Positions 38,794 through 48,234 of a stretch of DNA of 64,000 nt are shown here, piece after piece. The notes beneath the pieces were generated by a model. The model was not told where the DNA came from. It made no database searches and saw only the letters and a program-made list of their open reading frames with translations. This DNA comes from a bacterium (lineage in GTDB: Bacteria > Hydrothermota > Tepidihabitantia > SM23-42 > JAOAFX01), in the NCBI GenBank assembly GCA_036382775.1, contig DASVHD010000028.1:6306-70305 (forward strand). Direction: 5' to 3'. The first letter of the stretch is position 1; every line of letters starts with the position of its first letter. A program made the translations under genes and the position numbers.

Positions 38794-39675
38794 TTACCTT
38801 TTCACCGGAATGATCTTTTCTTCATCGGCAAGACGCTGCTGGCCCACGACGACGACCATTTCATGCTCAGCCAGTCCGGAAAGGATTTCGGTCTGATCAT
38901 CCCCGACCAGACCGGTAGATACCTTTCTTTTCGTAACTGAGCTGTCCGCGTTCACTATGAATAAAAAATCATTGATTATCGCGTCCGGGGGCAGGGCCAA
39001 TACATCCTTGCGTTCGGCCACGGTGATCAATACCCGGGCGGTCATCCCCGGTTTCAGAACCAGCCGCGGATTTTCGATAGCCGCTTTTATGCTGACGGTC
39101 CGTGTCATGGGGTCGATCACCGGGCTGATCTCCGTGATCGAGCCGGTAAAGGACTGATCCGGCAGGGCATCTACGGACAGGACTATTTTTTTATTCCTGC
39201 TGAAGCAACCCGCCTCGGTTTCGGCGGCATTGAAAGCGACCTTGACACGGGCGAAGTCAACCACCTGCATGACCGGCGCCTGGGGGGTAACCATCGAGCC
39301 GATATCCACGAAGATCCGGGCGACGGCGCCACTGATCGGTGAGGTGACGTACGCTTCTTCAAAATCAAAACCTACGGTCTCGTTCTTTATCACCATCAGC
39401 CGGTCACCCTTGCTTACCCGCGAGCCGTCGGATACCATGATCTTCAGCACGCGGCCCATGGTTTCCGGAAAAACCTGCGCGGTCTTATCCGCCATGATCG
39501 CGCCGATCATCTCGCAAGACTTTATCACATTGGTTTTTTGCGCCACGACATATTCGACCGAACTGTTGACCTTGGTGCGGTCCGCGCCGGAAGATTTTTT
39601 GAACACGAAAACACGCAGCACGATGCCTACGCACACGATCAGAATCAGGCCTATAATGATCAACTTTTTCTTCAT
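38794..39675 (-). CDS. RND efflux periplasmic adaptor (membrane fusion protein)
   Basis: N-terminal anchor, biotinyl/lipoyl-like hairpin and beta-barrel regions typical of HlyD/AcrA family. Confidence 0.8.
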   Translation of the reverse strand: MKKKLIIIGLILIVCVGIVLRVFVFKKSSGADRTKVNSSVEYVVAQKTNVIKSCEMIGAIMADKTAQVFPETMGRVLKIMVSDGSRVSKGDRLMVIKNETVGFDFEEAYVTSPISGAVARIFVDIGSMVTPQAPVMQVVDFARVKVAFNAAETEAGCFSRNKKIVLSVDALPDQSFTGSITEISPVIDPMTRTVSIKAAIENPRLVLKPGMTARVLITVAERKDVLALPPDAIINDFLFIVNADSSVTKRKVSTGLVGDDQTEILSGLAEHEMVVVVGQQRLADEEKIIPVKR

Positions 39676-39679
39676 CGCA

Positions 39680-40951
39680 TCACTCCTTTCCTGTTGCCTT
39701 GCGAATTCCCGCGCTTGCCGCGTGGTATTCCTTCAACGTATTCAAGTAATTCGTTTTTGCCTGGGTCGCCGCCAGCTGCGCATCCATGAACTCCAGGTTC
39801 GTTGCCAGGCCGCTTTTGTACCGCGTTTCCATGATCTCGAACGCCCTGGTCGCCTGGTTCACGTTCTCCTGCGCGGCACTGAGCGCTTCTTGAGAGGCAA
39901 GAAAATTCAGATAGGATTGCTTGACCTCAAGGCTGATCGCCTTTTCAAGATTTTCCCGCGCGTGCCGCGCTTCCTTGAGTTTTAACGCAGCTGATTTGTA
40001 CGCGTACAGGCTCTTAAACCCGCTGAACAAGGGCAACTGGAAACCGAGCGAGAACGTCATATTTGAACCCCACTCGCTGCCGCCCAGTCCAAATGGCTTT
40101 TGCCGGTCATAGGTCGCGCCCGCCACGATCGAAGGCAAGTTCGCGGTTTGCGCTATTGACCTGCCGGCCAGCGCAATTTTTTCGACACTCTGCAGATTTT
40201 TGATCTCGGCTCGGCTTGCCAGCGCTGCGGTCGTGAGTTCCTCAAGATCATATGCCTGTTCAGTGTACTGCAATTCTCCATCCACCACGCATTCCCGGTC
40301 AAGGGGCAAACCCAGCAGCATCTTGAAACCCTCACGCGCCAGGTTCAACCCGTTTTCCGTTTGTATCACTGTCGGTTTGAAGTTAGCCACCTGGACACCA
40401 GCGCGCAGCAGCTCGAATTGCGAAACCAGGCCGGCCGCATAGCGCTTTTGCACGGCTTCTTCATGCCGCTGCAACTGGTCAAGGCTTTCGCGCATTAGTT
40501 TCACCATTTCTTCCAGCACGAGCAGGCCGTCAAAGGCCGTGGTCACGGAATACGTGACCTCCTGCTTTTTCCTATCCAGGGACATGAACGCGATATCGCG
40601 GCTCAAACCGGCGATCCGGTAGGCATTATAGACCTTGCCCCAGGTAAATAGCACCTGCTGCAACGATACCTGCAGGTCATAGTTTTCATGCTGACCGATC
40701 GGGATCGGAATGCTGTCCATCATGAAGACCGAAACATCAGTAATGTATGCGTAATATCCGCTTAGTGAAAGTGTCGGATAAAATGAGGACCTTGCTTCGC
40801 CGATACCGGCTTCAGCCTTATCAATATCGATTTGCAGCTGGATTATCTCGGGATTATTCAGCAGCGCATATTCAATAGCGTCACCGCGGTCAAAGCGAAC
40901 GGTATCATGTAATGCTTGTGACATTAGGATCAGAATCGCATAAGATATCAT
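39680..40951 (-). CDS. TolC-family outer membrane efflux protein
   Basis: two repeated coiled-coil/beta halves, 423 aa, first gene of efflux operon. Confidence 0.8.
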   Translation of the reverse strand: MISYAILILMSQALHDTVRFDRGDAIEYALLNNPEIIQLQIDIDKAEAGIGEARSSFYPTLSLSGYYAYITDVSVFMMDSIPIPIGQHENYDLQVSLQQVLFTWGKVYNAYRIAGLSRDIAFMSLDRKKQEVTYSVTTAFDGLLVLEEMVKLMRESLDQLQRHEEAVQKRYAAGLVSQFELLRAGVQVANFKPTVIQTENGLNLAREGFKMLLGLPLDRECVVDGELQYTEQAYDLEELTTAALASRAEIKNLQSVEKIALAGRSIAQTANLPSIVAGATYDRQKPFGLGGSEWGSNMTFSLGFQLPLFSGFKSLYAYKSAALKLKEARHARENLEKAISLEVKQSYLNFLASQEALSAAQENVNQATRAFEIMETRYKSGLATNLEFMDAQLAATQAKTNYLNTLKEYHAASAGIRKATGKE

Positions 40952-40962
40952 GTCATCCTCCC

Positions 40963-41553
40963 TTAAGGAAACAGGAATTTAAGGCTGAAGCCGTTTTCCC
41001 ATAATTTATCATCCTTATCAAAATATCCATATTTATCGAGATCGGCGCTCGCCATATAATGATAACGGCTCACTGCCTCCACTCCTACGTTTTTCAGCAG
41101 TTTGATCCGGAGCGATATCCCACCGATAAAACCAAGATCCTTTTCTTCCATTTTCCCGCCGGACGGGAGGGTGATCGTCTCGCCATCGAATGACGCTTTC
41201 CACAGATACCAGCCAAGACCGGTCACCAGATAGATCGCTGCGCGCCGGGTGCGGATAAAAGGGAGCATATTGAATTCGGTGCAGAACGAGATCGGGATAT
41301 AGTCATAAACATACGTTCCCATACCGGCCATCGGCACTTCATATCGCAGGTACGTGCCGTGGACCCGGATCCCTATATTCGGGATAATATTCTCAACACC
41401 GATCTCCCCGCCGAACTGCCAGCGCGACCCGGTTTCGAGCGAATCCTGATATAATTTATAAAAACCGTAATCGGGACCCGCGTAAACCTGCGGGGATAGC
41501 GGCTTATAATTCAAACTTGCCCATAAAGAAACTGCCATAAGCAGTACGTTCAT
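40963..41553 (-). CDS. small outer-membrane beta-barrel protein (porin-family, hypothetical)
   Basis: signal peptide, alternating amphipathic beta strands, C-terminal aromatic-rich strand (FSLKFLFP). Confidence 0.5.
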   Translation of the reverse strand: MNVLLMAVSLWASLNYKPLSPQVYAGPDYGFYKLYQDSLETGSRWQFGGEIGVENIIPNIGIRVHGTYLRYEVPMAGMGTYVYDYIPISFCTEFNMLPFIRTRRAAIYLVTGLGWYLWKASFDGETITLPSGGKMEEKDLGFIGGISLRIKLLKNVGVEAVSRYHYMASADLDKYGYFDKDDKLWENGFSLKFLFP

Positions 41554-41575
41554 ACAGCCTCCTTTAATTAGAAAT

Positions 41576-41597
41576 AATGACTGACTGGTCAGTCATT
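41576..41597. promoter_or_regulatory. 22-bp perfect palindrome AATGACTGAC-TG-GTCAGTCATT abutting the SD of the OMP gene
   Basis: exact 10-bp inverted arms with 2-nt spacer, 23 nt upstream of start codon at 41553; candidate operator (or ybaB terminator hairpin). Confidence 0.45.
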
Positions 41598-41765
41598 ATA
41601 TATGTAAAGTGCTCTTTGTCAAGGGGGTATTTGTCTGAATCCCCTTCCTCGATGGCAGCATTATAAATCAGCATTCAATAACAGCTGGTGTCCCGTTAGG
41701 GGGAGGATATTTGTTGTAGAAAAAAGACAAACAATGGAGATTACTCAGGATATATGCAAATCAGA

Positions 41766-42053
41766 TTATTTAGGCGGTATCGGGAATCCGGTGATGTTTT
41801 GAAAACTTTCCTGCGTTTTTTCTAAAACCTTCTTGCGGGCATCGGCCAGGGCGGCCATGATCAGGTCCTCAAGCATGCTGACGTCCTTATCGGCGAGCAC
41901 CTGCGGTTCGATCTTGACGGCGACGACGTTCTGCTCGCCGTCCATTTCGATCTTCACCATGCCGCCGCCGGCGCTCCCTTCCACTTTTATCTGCCTGAGT
42001 TGTTCCAGCAGCTTTGACTGCAGTTTCATGGCCTCCTGCATGAGATTTTTCAC
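41766..42053 (-). CDS. ybaB: YbaB/EbfC nucleoid-associated protein
   Basis: 95 aa, MKNLMQEAMKLQSKLLE...GGGMVKIEMDGEQNV, directly downstream of dnaX. Confidence 0.85.
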   Translation of the reverse strand: MKNLMQEAMKLQSKLLEQLRQIKVEGSAGGGMVKIEMDGEQNVVAVKIEPQVLADKDVSMLEDLIMAALADARKKVLEKTQESFQNITGFPIPPK

Positions 42054-42063
42054 GTGGTTCTGC

Positions 42064-43530
42064 CTATCTTACTTCTTCACCGTCAAACATGGTCTTGATC
42101 TTCTGGGTCATTGTGTCGATATCCTTCTTCCCCGCGTCTTCCCGCCGTATCGACAGCTCGAAGTCAGCTCCTGCCAACTTTTTAATTATCTCCAGCAAGA
42201 TCTTTTGATTTTGCTGCAGTTCCTTTTTGGAGAATTCCGTGTCGGCCTTGATCACAACCGCCTTTCCTTCCCGGGAAATTTCGGCCTTGGTAAGCGTACC
42301 TGCCAGCCTCGGGCTTTTCTTAGCGAGGGCATCGAGCATCCCCTGTCTGAGGTCCAGGGTCGCCGGCGCCGCATCGGCGGCGCTGTCCTTCACAACCAAT
42401 ACGTCCTGCGCGTCTTGACCGGATCCCGGGTTTGAAGAGGGAATCCGGGTCGATCCCTGTACTACGAGCTGGCTCAGCAGGAGTTCCATCGCCACCCTGG
42501 GATTGACCGAACGCCGGATAGTATTTTCGGATCTCAAGCAGTACTCGATCATGTCGATCAGGTTCTCGCGCGACACCGGGATCTTATCCAGCAAAGCAAG
42601 TTCATCCTGGCTCAGCTCCAGGTACTCCTCCCTGAGACCGGCTTTGTGCAACAGCAAATTTCTTAAATATCCGACCAGTTCACGGTATATTTCCAGCGGG
42701 TCACCGCCGTCTTCGATCCCCTTGTTCAGACCCATGAGAACTGCGGTTAGATCGCGGGCGATGATCTTTCCCAGCAGGTCGCGGTAAAAATCACTGCCCA
42801 GGAAACCGACGAATTTGAAGATATCATCCTTGGTTATCGTGCCATCGATAAAAGAACCCAGCTGTTCCAGGATGCTCTCGCCGTCCCTGACGCTCCCGTC
42901 CGCGCGCACTGCCAGGTAACGCAAAGCATCGCGGTCGATCTTGATATTTTCCTTTTGGGCAACCGCGCTCAACCGCTGGGTCAGTTCGTTCAAGGAAAGC
43001 CTCTTGAAAGTGAACCGCTGGCAGCGGGAAAGGATGGTAGCCGGCACATCGGTAGGATTTGTTGTGGCAAGAATGAAAATGACATTCGCCGGCGGTTCCT
43101 CAAGGGTCTTCAACAGGGCATCAAAAGCGTCATCGGTAAGGGCATGGACCTCGTCAATAATATAGATCTTGTAACGACAGTGGAGCGGGGCATAGCGAAC
43201 GCCTTCACGCAGGTCCCTGATATCATCGATCTTGCGGTTTGACGCCCCGTCGATCTCGACCACATCGATGCTGCGGCTGGCCGTTATCTCAACGCACGCC
43301 TGGCACTTCTGGCATGGCGTTACGGTCGGCCCTTCGATGCAGTTAACGCTTTTGGCAAAGACCCGAGCGGTCGTGGTTTTACCAACGCCGCGGGGACCGG
43401 CGAACAAAAAAGCGTGCCCGATGGCATTGCTCTTGATCGCGCCCTTGAGCGCCAGCACCACATGGGATTGCCCGGTCAGCTCGTCAAAGCTCTGCGGCCG
43501 GTGCTTCAGCGATATTACCTTATGCGACAT
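42064..43530 (-). CDS. dnaX: DNA polymerase III subunit gamma/tau
   Basis: AAA+ clamp-loader motifs (AFLFAGPRGVGKTTTARVFAKSVNC; zinc module C..C.C; DEVHAL). Confidence 0.9.
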   Translation of the reverse strand: MSHKVISLKHRPQSFDELTGQSHVVLALKGAIKSNAIGHAFLFAGPRGVGKTTTARVFAKSVNCIEGPTVTPCQKCQACVEITASRSIDVVEIDGASNRKIDDIRDLREGVRYAPLHCRYKIYIIDEVHALTDDAFDALLKTLEEPPANVIFILATTNPTDVPATILSRCQRFTFKRLSLNELTQRLSAVAQKENIKIDRDALRYLAVRADGSVRDGESILEQLGSFIDGTITKDDIFKFVGFLGSDFYRDLLGKIIARDLTAVLMGLNKGIEDGGDPLEIYRELVGYLRNLLLHKAGLREEYLELSQDELALLDKIPVSRENLIDMIEYCLRSENTIRRSVNPRVAMELLLSQLVVQGSTRIPSSNPGSGQDAQDVLVVKDSAADAAPATLDLRQGMLDALAKKSPRLAGTLTKAEISREGKAVVIKADTEFSKKELQQNQKILLEIIKKLAGADFELSIRREDAGKKDIDTMTQKIKTMFDGEEVR

Positions 43531-43619
43531 AATATTCTTTATTCCTTATTTCCTGTTTTTCCTATTTTCCATTCTCTGTTTTCTATTTTCTAGCAAACAA
43601 TGTCCATTGCTTAAATTCC

Positions 43620-43950
43620 GGTCGTGCGCCCTCTTCGCCAATGCCTTCAGGAACAGTAAGAGGAAAAGACTCGGACCAGGTTTTCCCATAACCAGTCCTT
43701 TGCTACGTACCGTTGCTTCCTTCCGGACCTGGCGGGGTTTGTAGCCGGTGCTATCATAGGGCCCAATCGTCAACGCCTTTTGCATCCGGCTGTCGCCCCT
43801 GAAAATCCTGACTCAACAGGGCATTCAATCCCGCTATAGCGGATTTCGGGTCCCCCCGCACCTTAACAGTCATCTCAATTCCTGCCTTCCTTCAGATAAT
43901 GTCTTACGGTCATTATTAGGTGCGGGGTTCAGGGCACCGCTGGCTCCCCA
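43620..43950 (-). ncRNA. ffs: signal recognition particle RNA (long form with Alu-like 5' domain probable); core helix-8 motif at ~43705-43735
   Basis: minus-strand sequence CCAGGUCCGGAAGGAAGCAACGG (conserved SRP domain IV with GGAA tetraloop and AGCA motif); 10-bp terminal pairing CCGGUCGUGC/GCACGACCGG (43948-43957 with 43619-43628); classic position upstream of dnaX; exact ends uncertain. Confidence 0.65.
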
Positions 43951-43970
43951 TCTAGCACGACCGGTATTTT

Positions 43971-44963
43971 TCAGTTTTTGAAAACTTCCGCCCTAAAGAT
44001 CAGATCCTGCACGTTCATGCCGCAGGATCCTGCACCCGAGAGTACCATTAATGTCTGCAGCTGTTCGACCCGCTTCGTGTCGATCTCGGAAAGCCTTAAA
44101 TATTCCGGTAATTTGATGTTCAGCAGCATGGTGCCGTCAAGCGGCCATTCATTTTTCGTGACCACAGCGCTCCTTGCGACTTCAGGATGCACTTTTATGA
44201 ACCCCAGCACCGCGTCAAAAGTATTTTTCATGCGCAAGGCCGCTTTTTTGTTCTTGACCACAAAGCTTTTCTTCATAACGACGGCTTGATAAGGGAATCC
44301 CGTCATCAGATAAGTGTTAACCAGACCTTCCAGCAGCACGCTGCAGCCCAGGTAAAACAGATAACTGCGGTAGGGATCCAGTACGAACAGCGCGTCAGCC
44401 TTGTTATCCTTCAGTGCGGTCGCGATCTCGCCGGCCCGCAGAGGGATCCGGGTGATGTTCTTTATTTCATCCTTCTGCTCCATTTTCTGCAGCACCATAT
44501 TCACAAGGTATTCATCGCCGGCAAGAAATCCAAGCCTCTTTCCCGCCAGATCTTTCAGCGACCTTATTTTTCCATAATCTTTGGGAATGATGATGGCATC
44601 TGCGGCGGCGCGCAGCTCCAGGGAACCGAGCACCTTGATCGTGTCATTATCGACCACGGGCGAAAGCAGGAGGTCATACCACGATACGGACGTTATGTCA
44701 CACTCGCCGCTTTTGAGCTTCTCCAGCGACCCGCTCTCGATATCTACGAACAGCGGTTTGACCTTTTCCAGTTTGTAGTACTGACGCGAGGTGTCAAGTT
44801 CGGCCAGGTAGAAAGGCAGACCGCCGAACGCCCTTTCAACGCCGATCCGTACGGACGACGGCTTTAATTCCCGGTATTGAGGAAAACCAACAACAGCGAT
44901 CAATGCCAGTACCGCAAGGAATATCAGGATATTCAACATTCCCTGCGTGACTCTACGGTTCAA
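43971..44963 (-). CDS. periplasmic substrate-binding protein (NMT1/SsuA/PhnD-like, ABC-type)
   Basis: N-terminal TM anchor, two-lobe SBP-like sequence (GFLAGDEYLVNMVLQK...); no permease/ATPase adjacent. Confidence 0.5.
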   Translation of the reverse strand: MNRRVTQGMLNILIFLAVLALIAVVGFPQYRELKPSSVRIGVERAFGGLPFYLAELDTSRQYYKLEKVKPLFVDIESGSLEKLKSGECDITSVSWYDLLLSPVVDNDTIKVLGSLELRAAADAIIIPKDYGKIRSLKDLAGKRLGFLAGDEYLVNMVLQKMEQKDEIKNITRIPLRAGEIATALKDNKADALFVLDPYRSYLFYLGCSVLLEGLVNTYLMTGFPYQAVVMKKSFVVKNKKAALRMKNTFDAVLGFIKVHPEVARSAVVTKNEWPLDGTMLLNIKLPEYLRLSEIDTKRVEQLQTLMVLSGAGSCGMNVQDLIFRAEVFKN

Positions 44964-46181
44964 TTATTTGCCCTTCTCCAATTCCTGTATCATCATCAAA
45001 TACTCAAGCGATTTCTTGGTGTTTTTCAGTTCCCGGTATGCGTAAGCAAGGTTGGTCAAAACATCGATATTCTTCGGCTCAAGCTTGAGCGCTTTGTCCT
45101 CGTATATTTCGATCGCCTTCTGGAAATTCTTGACCTGGGAATAACAGACAGCGATCATGAACCACGCCGCGAAGTCATCGCCTTTCAGGGTGATGATCTT
45201 TTCATAGTAAGAACGAGCCTCATCGTATTTTTTAAACTTAACGAGTATTTCGGCAACAGAGAACATGGCGTTCAAGTTGTTCGGCTGGATTTCAAGCGTG
45301 GCATTCCAGTCGTTGAGCGCCAGGCTGTCTTTTTTAAGGTTATAATTCGATATCCCGCGGTGATAATAACTCATGCCCAGATACTCCGTGGTAATGGCGA
45401 ACCTCTCGACGTTTCGTTTCTGGGCTTCGGGTTGTTCAATGCCGAGCTTGGTCTTGAGCACCCGGTTCAACTCTTCCTCTTTTTTATCGTTGTACAGCGT
45501 CACGATCTCATTTGCCACTGCCCGGTCGAACGCGACATTCTGGAACAAACCACCCTTCTGCTGATCATACCGTTTGATAAAATATTTTATCGCGTTGGAG
45601 AACTGATCGATCGCCTTTTCATAATCCTTTTTTTCGAACATGGTACCCGCTATGCTAAAGTAAGCTTCGGGATTTTCCGGATCGATGGACAAAGCCCTGT
45701 TATAGGCGGCGGTCGCCCCTTCTTTATCGCCCATCTCGGTCCGGACATGCCCCTCGATTATAAATTGCTGGGCAGCGGTGGGATCAAGTTTCCTGGCTAA
45801 TTGCAGATTGACCAGCGCTTCGTCATATTTCTTTTCTAAAAGCAATTCAGAAGCGACCTTAATAAAAGTCCCCCAATATGCAGTCAGGTTGTTCTTTTCG
45901 GTTACCGTGAACCACTTCATGGTCAACGCCGTGTCTATTTTAAAGGCATTCTGAAAGGCCTTGCTTCCTGCCTGCGAGTTACCCAGCTGGATCTCGATTT
46001 GTCCCAAGAGGCAGCGATATTCAAAATCAGCTGGCGCCTCTTCGATGCCGAGCAGACATTGTTCTTTGGCTTTTTCATACTGATTTTGAGTAATATATAT
46101 CTTTGTGGCGTTCTTCCGTGTCGGCGGGCATCCAACGAACAGCACCGCCAGCAGCAACACACTTAACCAACGTTTTTTCAT
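44964..46181 (-). CDS. tetratricopeptide-repeat lipoprotein
   Basis: lipobox LFVGC after MKKRWLSVLLLAV; multiple TPR units (AYFSIAGTMFEKKDYEKAIDQF...); start chosen at internal Met (track ORF extends to 46229). Confidence 0.7.
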   Translation of the reverse strand: MKKRWLSVLLLAVLFVGCPPTRKNATKIYITQNQYEKAKEQCLLGIEEAPADFEYRCLLGQIEIQLGNSQAGSKAFQNAFKIDTALTMKWFTVTEKNNLTAYWGTFIKVASELLLEKKYDEALVNLQLARKLDPTAAQQFIIEGHVRTEMGDKEGATAAYNRALSIDPENPEAYFSIAGTMFEKKDYEKAIDQFSNAIKYFIKRYDQQKGGLFQNVAFDRAVANEIVTLYNDKKEEELNRVLKTKLGIEQPEAQKRNVERFAITTEYLGMSYYHRGISNYNLKKDSLALNDWNATLEIQPNNLNAMFSVAEILVKFKKYDEARSYYEKIITLKGDDFAAWFMIAVCYSQVKNFQKAIEIYEDKALKLEPKNIDVLTNLAYAYRELKNTKKSLEYLMMIQELEKGK

Positions 46182-46299
46182 TGAAGCCTCCTTATGCTCC
46201 AATTGTATATAATTTTTTAAAAAAGTCAATAATTAAGAGCCCCATTCGGTTTCATCAACATAACTTCTCTTCACTTTTGTCTGCATTGTCCTACAATAA

Positions 46300-46460
46300 A
46301 TTCCCTCCCTAAGATGGGAGGGAATAAAGGGGAGGGTGATTAATACTAAAAACCCAATAAAATTATACAACCGTCAACCCCACCTTCATCCTCCCTCCCT
46401 AACGGGGCACCAATTATTATCCCCCTACCCTTGCCCTCCCTCACTAGGGGGGAGGATAAA
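46300..46460. repeat. three copies of a CCCTCCC(T)...GGGAGGG hairpin element in the cmk upstream intergenic region
   Basis: tccctccctaagatgggaggga(ataaaggggaggg) at 46302-46336; cctccctccctaacgggg at 46390-46408; gccctccctcactaggggggagg at 46433-46456. Confidence 0.6.
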
Positions 46461-46513
46461 AAAATGGTAATGCTGTCATCAAGGTGAAGGTATTAAGGAA
46501 AGGAGTCATCTCA

Positions 46514-46541
46514 TTGACAACGGAAAAGCGCTGATTAAAAT
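46514..46541 (+). promoter_or_regulatory. promoter TTGACA-16-TAAAAT ending 5 nt before cmk ATG (leaderless transcript likely)
   Basis: TTGACA 46514-46519; TAAAAT 46536-46541; ATG 46547; no SD. Confidence 0.4.
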
Positions 46542-46546
46542 ACTGG

Positions 46547-47242
46547 ATGGCGCGGTTTATCGTGGCTATCGACGGGGGTGCCGGGTCGGGCAAGAGCACG
46601 ACGGCGAAAGGAGTCGCAAAACGCCTTGACTTTTTCTATCTCGATACCGGCGCCATGTATCGCGCCGCCGCCCTTAAATACATCATGAAAAAAGGCGATC
46701 CGTCTTCAATGGACATGGAAATCATAAAGGACATCATCGCTCATACCGAGATCGACCTGCGAAGATCCAACGGTGATATCCGCGTGTTCCTGGATGGCCG
46801 GGACGTATCGGCCGAGATCCGTTCGCTGGCGGTCAGCGAACTTGTCTCACCAGTATCGGCAGTTCCAGAGATCAGAGCCTGGATGGTCGGAAAGCAGCGC
46901 GCCGTCGCCGAGGGAAAAAATGTCGTATGCGAGGGGCGGGATATCGGTACCGTGGTTTTTCGCGACGCCCAAGTAAAGATCTTCATGCAGGCGGATTTGA
47001 AAGTGCGGGCTCGGCGCAGGGCGCTAGAAATGGCAGGACAGAACATCAAGGTCGAGTTGGCTAGGGTGTATGAAAACCTGGCGTATCGCGATCAGTATGA
47101 TTCCAGCCGCGACCATTCGCCGCTTAAAAAAGCTGATGATGCGATCGTGGTCGACACCACGGACCTGACGATCGAAGAAGAGATTTCGCTGGTGGAAAAG
47201 ATCGTAAAAAACAAACTGAAGTTATTAGTTAATAGTAAATAG
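46547..47242 (+). CDS. cmk: cytidylate kinase
   Basis: IVAIDGGAGSGKSTTAKGVAKRLDFFYLDTGAMYRA. Confidence 0.9.
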   Translation: MARFIVAIDGGAGSGKSTTAKGVAKRLDFFYLDTGAMYRAAALKYIMKKGDPSSMDMEIIKDIIAHTEIDLRRSNGDIRVFLDGRDVSAEIRSLAVSELVSPVSAVPEIRAWMVGKQRAVAEGKNVVCEGRDIGTVVFRDAQVKIFMQADLKVRARRRALEMAGQNIKVELARVYENLAYRDQYDSSRDHSPLKKADDAIVVDTTDLTIEEEISLVEKIVKNKLKLLVNSK

Positions 47243-47310
47243 TAATTAGTGTATAAAAAATCAAATATAATGAATTTTACATTTCCTTCAATCTACTAAT
47301 AACCTAATTA

Positions 47311-48213
47311 CTAATTGCCATTTACTATGTGATCTATGTCTATTTTATCCGCATCATACCATTCGACCCCGGGCACGCGGTTGAACCAGGTGATCTGCCG
47401 CTTGGCAAAATTCCGGGTTCGCCGTTTTGCCGCCGTGATCGCCTGTTCCAGCGTCAGCCGTCCCTCGAGATGGTCAATGATCTCCTTATAACCAATGGTC
47501 TTGAATATGCTTAATGTCCAGGGATAGCCGATTTTTGAAAGCGACGTAACCTCATCCGCCAGACCCGCCTGGATCATCGCGTCAAAACGTTGGTCGATCC
47601 TCCGGTAAAGCACTTCCCGGGGCAAGTGCAATCCGATGTACCGCGGTCTAAATGGCGCAGTTGCTTTCTTCCCGCCTATGAATGAACTCAATGGCCGACC
47701 CGTGATCTCGTAGACTTCGAGCCCGCGTAATATCCTCTGTTTATCAGCAGGTTTAATCGCCCTTGCCCATGCCGGATCGATGCGCTCCAGCCTTTCGTAC
47801 ATACCGGCGGTCCCGAGCACTGCCAGTTCACGGGTGAGCCGCTCTTTGACGACCTTCTGCGATGGCGGCAGTTCGTGCAGGGGTTCAAAAAGAGCCTTGA
47901 TATACAGACCCGTACCGCCGCATACGACCGGAACCGATCCGCGTCCGGGGATATCGCTCAGCAATGCGTGCGCGTCCCGCGCAAATTGCCCGCATGAGTA
48001 TGATTCATCGGGTTCCAGGAAATCGATCAGGTGAAATCGGATCTCACTGCGTTCTAGGCGCGTCGGCTTCGCCGTGCCGATATCAAGGTATTTGTAAACC
48101 TGGCGGGAATCCGCGGAAATGATTTCGGCATCGACAGCCTTTGCCAGGGCGATGCTGATCCGTGTCTTCCCGACTCCGGTGGGACCGATTATCGTTATGA
48201 CTGGATCGTTCAA
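47311..48213 (-). CDS. miaA: tRNA dimethylallyltransferase
   Basis: ITIIGPTGVGKTRISIALA...ISADSRQVYKYLDIGTAKP. Confidence 0.9.
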   Translation of the reverse strand: MNDPVITIIGPTGVGKTRISIALAKAVDAEIISADSRQVYKYLDIGTAKPTRLERSEIRFHLIDFLEPDESYSCGQFARDAHALLSDIPGRGSVPVVCGGTGLYIKALFEPLHELPPSQKVVKERLTRELAVLGTAGMYERLERIDPAWARAIKPADKQRILRGLEVYEITGRPLSSFIGGKKATAPFRPRYIGLHLPREVLYRRIDQRFDAMIQAGLADEVTSLSKIGYPWTLSIFKTIGYKEIIDHLEGRLTLEQAITAAKRRTRNFAKRQITWFNRVPGVEWYDADKIDIDHIVNGN

Positions 48214-48234
48214 TGCTATGGACCTGGACGGCTG

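Noticed and set aside
43232-43785. Six-frame ORFs 43232..43744 (+) and 43546..43785 (-) as protein-coding genes
   Set aside because: They overlap the SRP RNA gene and the dnaX 5' end and have no recognisable protein features.
44187-45800. Plus-strand ORFs 44187..44867 and 44877..45800 (226 and 307 aa)
   Set aside because: They are antisense to the SBP and TPR lipoprotein genes, compositionally biased, with no domain signatures. The minus-strand genes have signal peptides/lipobox and repeat structure.
46300-46460. CCCTCCC hairpin cluster as a CRISPR array
   Set aside because: Units are inverted repeats of differing length with irregular spacing, not direct repeats with uniform ~30-40-bp spacers, and no cas genes are nearby.
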